DNA of 64,000 bases from the human T2T-CHM13v2.0 reference genome, Homo sapiens, in NCBI RefSeq assembly GCF_009914755.1, contig NC_060936.1. One strand, written 5' to 3'. Shown one piece after another: positions 54,501-64,000 of this stretch. Numbering within the stretch: position 1 is the first letter of the stretch; every line of letters begins with the position of its first letter. A program made the translations under genes and the position numbers. The notes beneath the pieces are model-generated. The model did not search any database, was not told where the DNA came from, and worked only from the letters and a program-made list of their open reading frames with translations.

Positions 54501-57209
54501 GAATTCATTTCTGGGGCCTGGAAGAGAAGGAAGAGGAGGACAGAGTGGAAATGCTGGGGTGGACATGTGGTGTGACTCATAATCTCTCTCAGGAGGGTGA
54601 AATTGGGGGACAGGAATCCCTGGGAGGGGTCCACAGGAGTCCTTCTCAGGACCCTGGATTGGAGACCAGAATCTCCCAGGGAAGAGGTGGAGTGAATGGG
54701 GATGAGCACAGAAGCCTCCCCTGCAATCCACTGCTAGGTTCTGAAGGGGCCCGGGCATCCCCTGGAGCACCTAGGGAAGTAAGATGCTGCAATGAGAGGT
54801 GGCTATGGGCGCCTGATCCTGGGACCCAAAGTGGGGAGAGAGAAGTCATCTTAAAGCAGGAGAGCCAGGGATGGCAGTGCCCAGCAAGAGCCAGGACTAG
54901 CATGGAGTTTATTCATCCCTAGGGCTCACCCCTCATCCCCACACCCCATGCTGCCCCATAGAAGCTCAGACCAGAAGTCCCTTGGGAGGGCCTGACCTTA
55001 CTACTGGGGTCTGCACCCTCCAGCTAGGCAGGGAGTGGAGGGGCTGCTGAAGGGAAAGGCTGCCCAGACTGCCATGCAGAGAGGGGAAGGGGAATCTTGG
55101 GCAGCTCCACCCAGAGGCCTGGTGGTCTTCATGGGTGGGAAGGGGGAACATGCACAGATTGCAGAGGGATAGAAGAGGCCAACCTGGAGACAGTAACTTT
55201 AGAGGAGGGGTTCATGGGGTTCATGAACTTTGGGGGAAGGGTTCCTGCCCTAGGGGTTCATGGCTACCACCTCCTGCCTTATCCTTCTCATCTGTCCCTC
55301 TCTCCTAGGAAGTGCCTAAACTGAACACAGGTGGGTGGAGAGAGGAGACGGGAGCAGAGCCCATTGCAGTTGCAGGAATCCAGTGGGTGGTCCCTGGGTT
55401 GGGGTCTCAGATGTCTCCTTTTGCCTCTCTCTCAGACACAGATACACACAAACATCCTTCAGGTAGCCCAATTTCCTCTCTCACCTCTTCCCCTTCTCCC
55501 CAGACCCCAGCCATTTCTGACTCCATCCCTCTCTCAGACAGCTATCAGCTAAGAACTACTCTAAGCTAATTGACCTGGGGGCTGTTGGCTAAAGCAATAG
55601 GGAATTCAGTAACTAAGTGCCTCTGGGGGCCAAGCCTGGAAGTGGAGGGCTGGGGAGGAGCACCTCTAAGTCTTGGGACTTTGTCACTGCCCAGCTGGTG
55701 GAGAACTCCTGGATATGGCCACTGCATGCCCAGTGTGTCCTGGAGGCAGAAGGGCAGGCCCACAGAGAGGCTTGGAATGTTCTGCTGTGGATGGAGGTTG
55801 CTTCTGAGTGTGTTTCAGTTTTGTGGAAAGTAATTTCAATTCTCTGGGGATAGCGAGGGAGACAGAATATTCAGAATGAGAAGCTGGGATTAGGGGAGCG
55901 TTAAGCTCCACTGGATTCATTCCCATAGCAGACAGTGCCACTTCCATGTGCCAGGTCCTGCGCTGGGGCAGTTAAGTGCAGCACGGAAGGTTCAGGGCTG
56001 AGAGCCATGGGGGTGGTACTAAAGGGGGCCCAGTGGGGTGGGCTTCAGAACAAGGGGGAACATGCTGGGGATGAGCAGACTCTCAACATCCAGGGGGAGT
56101 CCTCCCAATCTCCCCAGCCAAACTCAGCCTCTCGGAAAATGCCAGGTTCATAGAATATGTTGGTGTCTCCCCAGCTAACTAAATCAACCGGCCAATTCTC
56201 TCCGGCCATTCTTCCGCCTTGGCCAACCCCTGCCCACCCCCACCCCCAAGCTTTCCCTCACTTGTATGTTTGGGGTGGCCAATGCAGAAGCCTCTACCTT
56301 CTGACCTATAACGTCCCAGTCAGGACCCTTAGGTGTGCATTCTGGGAGGCAAAGCTGGAAGGAGACAGCGAGAATGAGAAGGGGTGCCTAGCTGGGTGGA
56401 GGATAGGACTGGGCATTAGGGCTCCTGGTCTCTATTTTGGGCAAAGTTCCACCTGGCCCCACTTCTTAGCTTCTAAGCCCAATCTCCTGTAAGGAGGTTG
56501 TAAAATTATTCTTTATTGAGGGGCAGTCCTTCCTCTGGGACTCTTTGGCCAAGCCCACGGTGCCCCATGTGTAATGGATGTGCAGCGCCAACCTACCTGG
56601 ACACAGGAATTGGACATCTTCCTCATAGAATATTTAAAAATGATCATGAAGCTGCTGTGTATTCACTTGAAAGGGAAGTTCCCTTAAGGAACTGTAAGGA
56701 CAGACACTGCCACCCCAGGCTCTCCAAGGCCACTCTCCAGGGAGAGGGAGGGTCAATTGTGATCTTTCTGAGATCCCATGAGTTCTTGGATAGAAAATGC
56801 TTTCCCACCCTTCTGCATGCCCTCTGTGTGGCTGACAGTTCTGGGGGCCCAGGAGGTTGGGCTGTGCAGCTTAGTGCCATGTGTCTCTAGTTGGTGTCAC
56901 ACCAGCATGCCAGGCTGAGAACATCCCTGGGGGTGAGACTGTGGCAGTGGCCTTGGCCATGGACAGCAGCCATCTCAGACTTCCTCACAACACCCTCATC
57001 ACATATGCGCCCCGAGCATGCAAGCACACATGTGCACCTCTGTGTGTGTCTGCGGGGGAGTGTGAATGTAGAGTGTGAAGTGGAAGCATGTGGAGGTGTA
57101 TGGGGGCCCATGCAGCTTGGTGTGTGTGGCTGTGAGAGAAAGCTTCTGTGTAGGCAAACCTCTGGTTGCATGCAGAGCACATACTAGCAAAATTAATCAT
57201 CTCTTTCAG

Positions 57210-57390
57210 TTGTGCTTTGCAATTTACAAATTCCCTTTACTTTAGCTCACGTGATCTTCATAATTCTTGTAGGAAGGAAATTATTAACATCTTCATTGGA
57301 AAGATGGGAAAACTGAGGCTCAGAGGAGTTGTGTGACTTGCCTGAGGTCACACAGCTGGGAAATGACAGAGTGGGACCCTGACTTCAGAT
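57210..57390 (-). mobile_element. MIR
   Basis: agatgggaaaactgaggctcagagg...tgacttgcctgaggtcacacagct. Confidence 0.8.
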
Positions 57391-57759
57391 CTTCTAAGTC
57401 CGGGTTCTTTGTGTGTGGCTGTAGGAGTGTGTATGGAGGAGGGTGCTCTGTTGAGAAGCAGTGTGGAGAGGCAGGAAGGGCAAGAAAGGGTATAGAGAAG
57501 AGACCCTAGGAATCCCGTTCCCAAGTTGAGTAGGCCTAGTTTTTTGATGCTTTTGTCTTTTCATTGCATCATCAGGCCAAGTGCCAATCTTAGGTGAACC
57601 CACCACTGGCTTTCCCCAGGGTCACACCAGGGCAGTCAGGACCTCCCTGAGGAAGTCACATACCAGGGCAGCTTAGTATCACATTGCGTTCATGCTCAAC
57701 ATCCTTAAATGGGCGTGCAGTGCTGCCTGGCAACCCCACTGTGTTTTCCTGGTCAGCTT

Positions 57760-60900
<3,141 letters not shown>

Positions 60901-61414
60901 ATGCAAGAATGAAGAAGCAAGGGATTTGGAGACAGATGACCTCATTCCAGCCTCCAGCCCACTTCTTGCTCTCCCTAAGACTTGAATAGGCTGGTGTGGC
61001 TCAGTTTTCTCACTTGTCAGATGGGAATGAAGTTACTCAAACCTGCTTATTTCACTGGGTTGTGTGAGGATCCCATGAGATAACAATTGAAAACCATGAA
61101 GCATTACACAGACATGAGGGGTGGCTGGAATGAAGAAAGGGATATAGAAAAAGTCAGAAACCACTCAGCACACACTGCTAAAGAGAAGGTCTGGGTCGGG
61201 GGCGCTGTATGCTTGGACAGAGGGTTCAGGACTGAGTGCAGCTCTGTGTGTGTGTCTGCTTGGGCACCTCTCCAGGGGCCCTCTGTGTATGCCCTTTGAC
61301 ACTTTCCTCATCCCCCAATTACTTGAACAAGATGAAGATGGGAAAGAATGTTAGAAGAATAAGCATTTGTTTGAACAAGCATACAGGCGATGGAGGAGAG
61401 AGGACATGCAGTTG

Positions 61415-61545
61415 GGTGTGTGTGTGTGTTGGGGTGTGTGCGTGTTGGGGTGTGTGTGTGTTGGGGCGTGTGTGTGTGTGTTGGGGTGTGTGTGTCGCCC
61501 CACACCAGGGCTGCGTGTCTGTGTGGTAATGTGCAAGTGTGCAGT
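61415..61545 (+). repeat. Interrupted (TG)n / TTGGGG compound repeat
   Basis: Direct reading: repeated tgtgtgtgttgggg units. Confidence 0.9.
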
Positions 61546-62255
61546 GTGGTCTTGGTTGCTGTGGGGGAAGAGGTATTCAGTTGCACCCAACTTACTGTCC
61601 TTTGGCACTGTCTGTGCGTGCACACCCTTGTCTTTGCTGGGGCTCCCAAGCTGGAAGCTCCCGCTGCCTTAGCTGCTTCCTTCTGGAAATCAATCTACTT
61701 CCCCTTCCAAAACATCTGAAGGAGGGGGACAGTGCCCTCTAGTGGGAACGCATGGGCAGCTGCAGCTTCCTCAGCCCAAGCCTCAGCCCCACTCCACCCA
61801 AGTCTGGAAGTCCTCTCTGAAGCACTTCCTGGGGAATGCAAAGGAGGAGGCCCCTGCCCTCTGAGAGCTCAAGATCTGGCAGGCAGGAAAAAGATACACA
61901 CAGGACAGGACACACAGGTTCATGCAGGAGAAGCCTGAGGACAGCAGCTGAAGGTGGGGGAGTCTCTCCTCATCTCTGCAATGACTTATCTCTGGTTGCC
62001 CTGGGTGTTCCTGGCCTTCCTTGCTTCCTGTTCCTGCACATGGTCTCTTGGTCCTGCTCTTTTGCTCTCGGTCATTACTCATAGCTGTAGGGCCTTGAGC
62101 AGAACTGGACCCTTTAGTCTATTCCCTGGGTGGGCACTAACAGCACCCTGTGGAGTCGGGAGGATTCTTGGAGGAGGTAACATGTGAGTAGGATCTTGAA
62201 AAATGAGTAGGAATTCTCCAGATGGAGTCCAGGGAAGGCACAGGACTGTGGATGA

Positions 62256-62640
<385 letters not shown>

Positions 62641-62703
62641 TGCTTTCAGCTTTGTGGGGCTACAAGAGAGGACTAAATTTTGCCAGGAGGCAGTGGGGAG
62701 TGA

Positions 62704-62958
<255 letters not shown>

Positions 62959-64000
62959 TGAGAGGCTGTTGTTTAGGCAAAAGAGGAGGGCAGTGGCAGA
63001 AAGAGGAGGACAGTGGCTGTTGTTTAGGCCAGTCTGAGGGCAGTGGCAGAAGGATGGAGAGGGGCTAGAGCTCAAGACTCTGCTTCTGAGGCCTCTTTGT
63101 CCCTGGCAGCAAAGCTGAGGCCAAAGGTTCCACATCACTCAGTTCTGCTAGAACCTGACACCCTGCCTCACATCCCCAACACACTCTAGGGTCTCTGCAA
63201 ATGGAGAAGGGAAGATGGTGGGAGCAGGGAGGGAGAAGAGAGGAGGAGGAAGGGGAACATGGCCTGGGGCTAGGGGATGCTTAAGGAATGGGGAGGCCCA
63301 AGCAGACCCACCTAGCCCCGGTCTAGCCCCACTGCTCCTCCTCTGGCCCTGCAGAGAAAGCGTTAATCTGCTATACCTCCCTCCCCCGCTTCCCCTCCTC
63401 CCCTCGGGTCACCTTCTTGGCCCTGGAGACTTGGCTGATGGCTCAAGTTCCTCAACCAGTGGCCCTGAGTAATCAGAACACACAGAGGGGCCAGGGGCCT
63501 GGGGGCAGGGAATGGTAAATTAGCGGTAGGGGAGCCTCAGAGACTGAGGCCGGGAGTCTGCAAGGCTGAGGGTTTTGGTGGGAACCCCAAGTTGGTTCCC
63601 AATACTCTCTACCTGACCCAGGTCCCCCTGCCCCACCCCCAGCACTGATCTCAATTTCTTCCACCCACCAGAGAATTCCTCGAACAAACTAAACTGTTCG
63701 GGGGGCGGGGGGCAGGCCAAAAAGGGTAGTGGTGATCTGCCAGGAAGCTTTCCCACTGCAGGAGACAGGGTCCCTCCCCCTAGTGCCGGGAACTGGTCAG
63801 AAATGAGTCTGTGGTCAGTGAGAGACTGCTGCTAATGGAACCTGGGCTGGCCCACAAGCCACAGGAGGGGTAGGGGAGAGGAAAGGAACCAAAATACATC
63901 TCAGCATAGGTGGGTAGGACGAGGGCTGGTAATGCTGTCCTGAAATAGAGCTGGGGCCAGGGAGGGAGGGGAAGAGAAACAGGGTCGGGGACTGGAATTG

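Noticed and set aside
53949-54770. 273-aa minus-strand ORF, the longest in the track
   Set aside because: Pro-rich low-complexity translation of G-rich intronic DNA; no family resemblance or gene structure.

Overview
Human/great-ape genomic DNA, Alu-dense, containing the head-to-head 5' ends of two known genes. Both were identified from their translated exons, which places the window at the RACGAP1-ASIC1 interval (12q13 in human). Minus strand: RACGAP1 (MgcRacGAP). Its first coding exon is at 7674-7758 ([28 protein letters not shown]). Upstream are candidate 5'UTR cassette exons, a proximal CpG-island promoter (~16.1-16.8 kb; CHR, CCAAT, CRE, NRF1, YY1, ETS motifs) and a probable distal CpG-island promoter (~23.8-24.4 kb). 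Plus strand: ASIC1 (ASIC1a form). It has a CpG-island promoter, non-coding exon 1 (ending 48976), coding exons 49827-50188 and 50819-51014, then a long intron running off the window. Between the genes lie a near-perfect CTCF site (30459-30476), an LTR10-type solo LTR with a p53 half-site, an MLT1F LTR, and L1/L2/MIR/MER5 fragments. Nearly all other ORF-track entries are Alu or low-complexity artefacts. I cannot support a wholly new gene system here. The best leads are: uORF/oORF and N-terminal-extension switching through partly MIR-derived RACGAP1 5' exons; two 8-codon uORFs in ASIC1 exon 1; a recursive-splice-like junction at ASIC1 exon 3; an unexplained 22-bp perfect inverted repeat; and two templated-insertion-like repair scars. 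Repeat boundaries and subfamily names are by eye and approximate.
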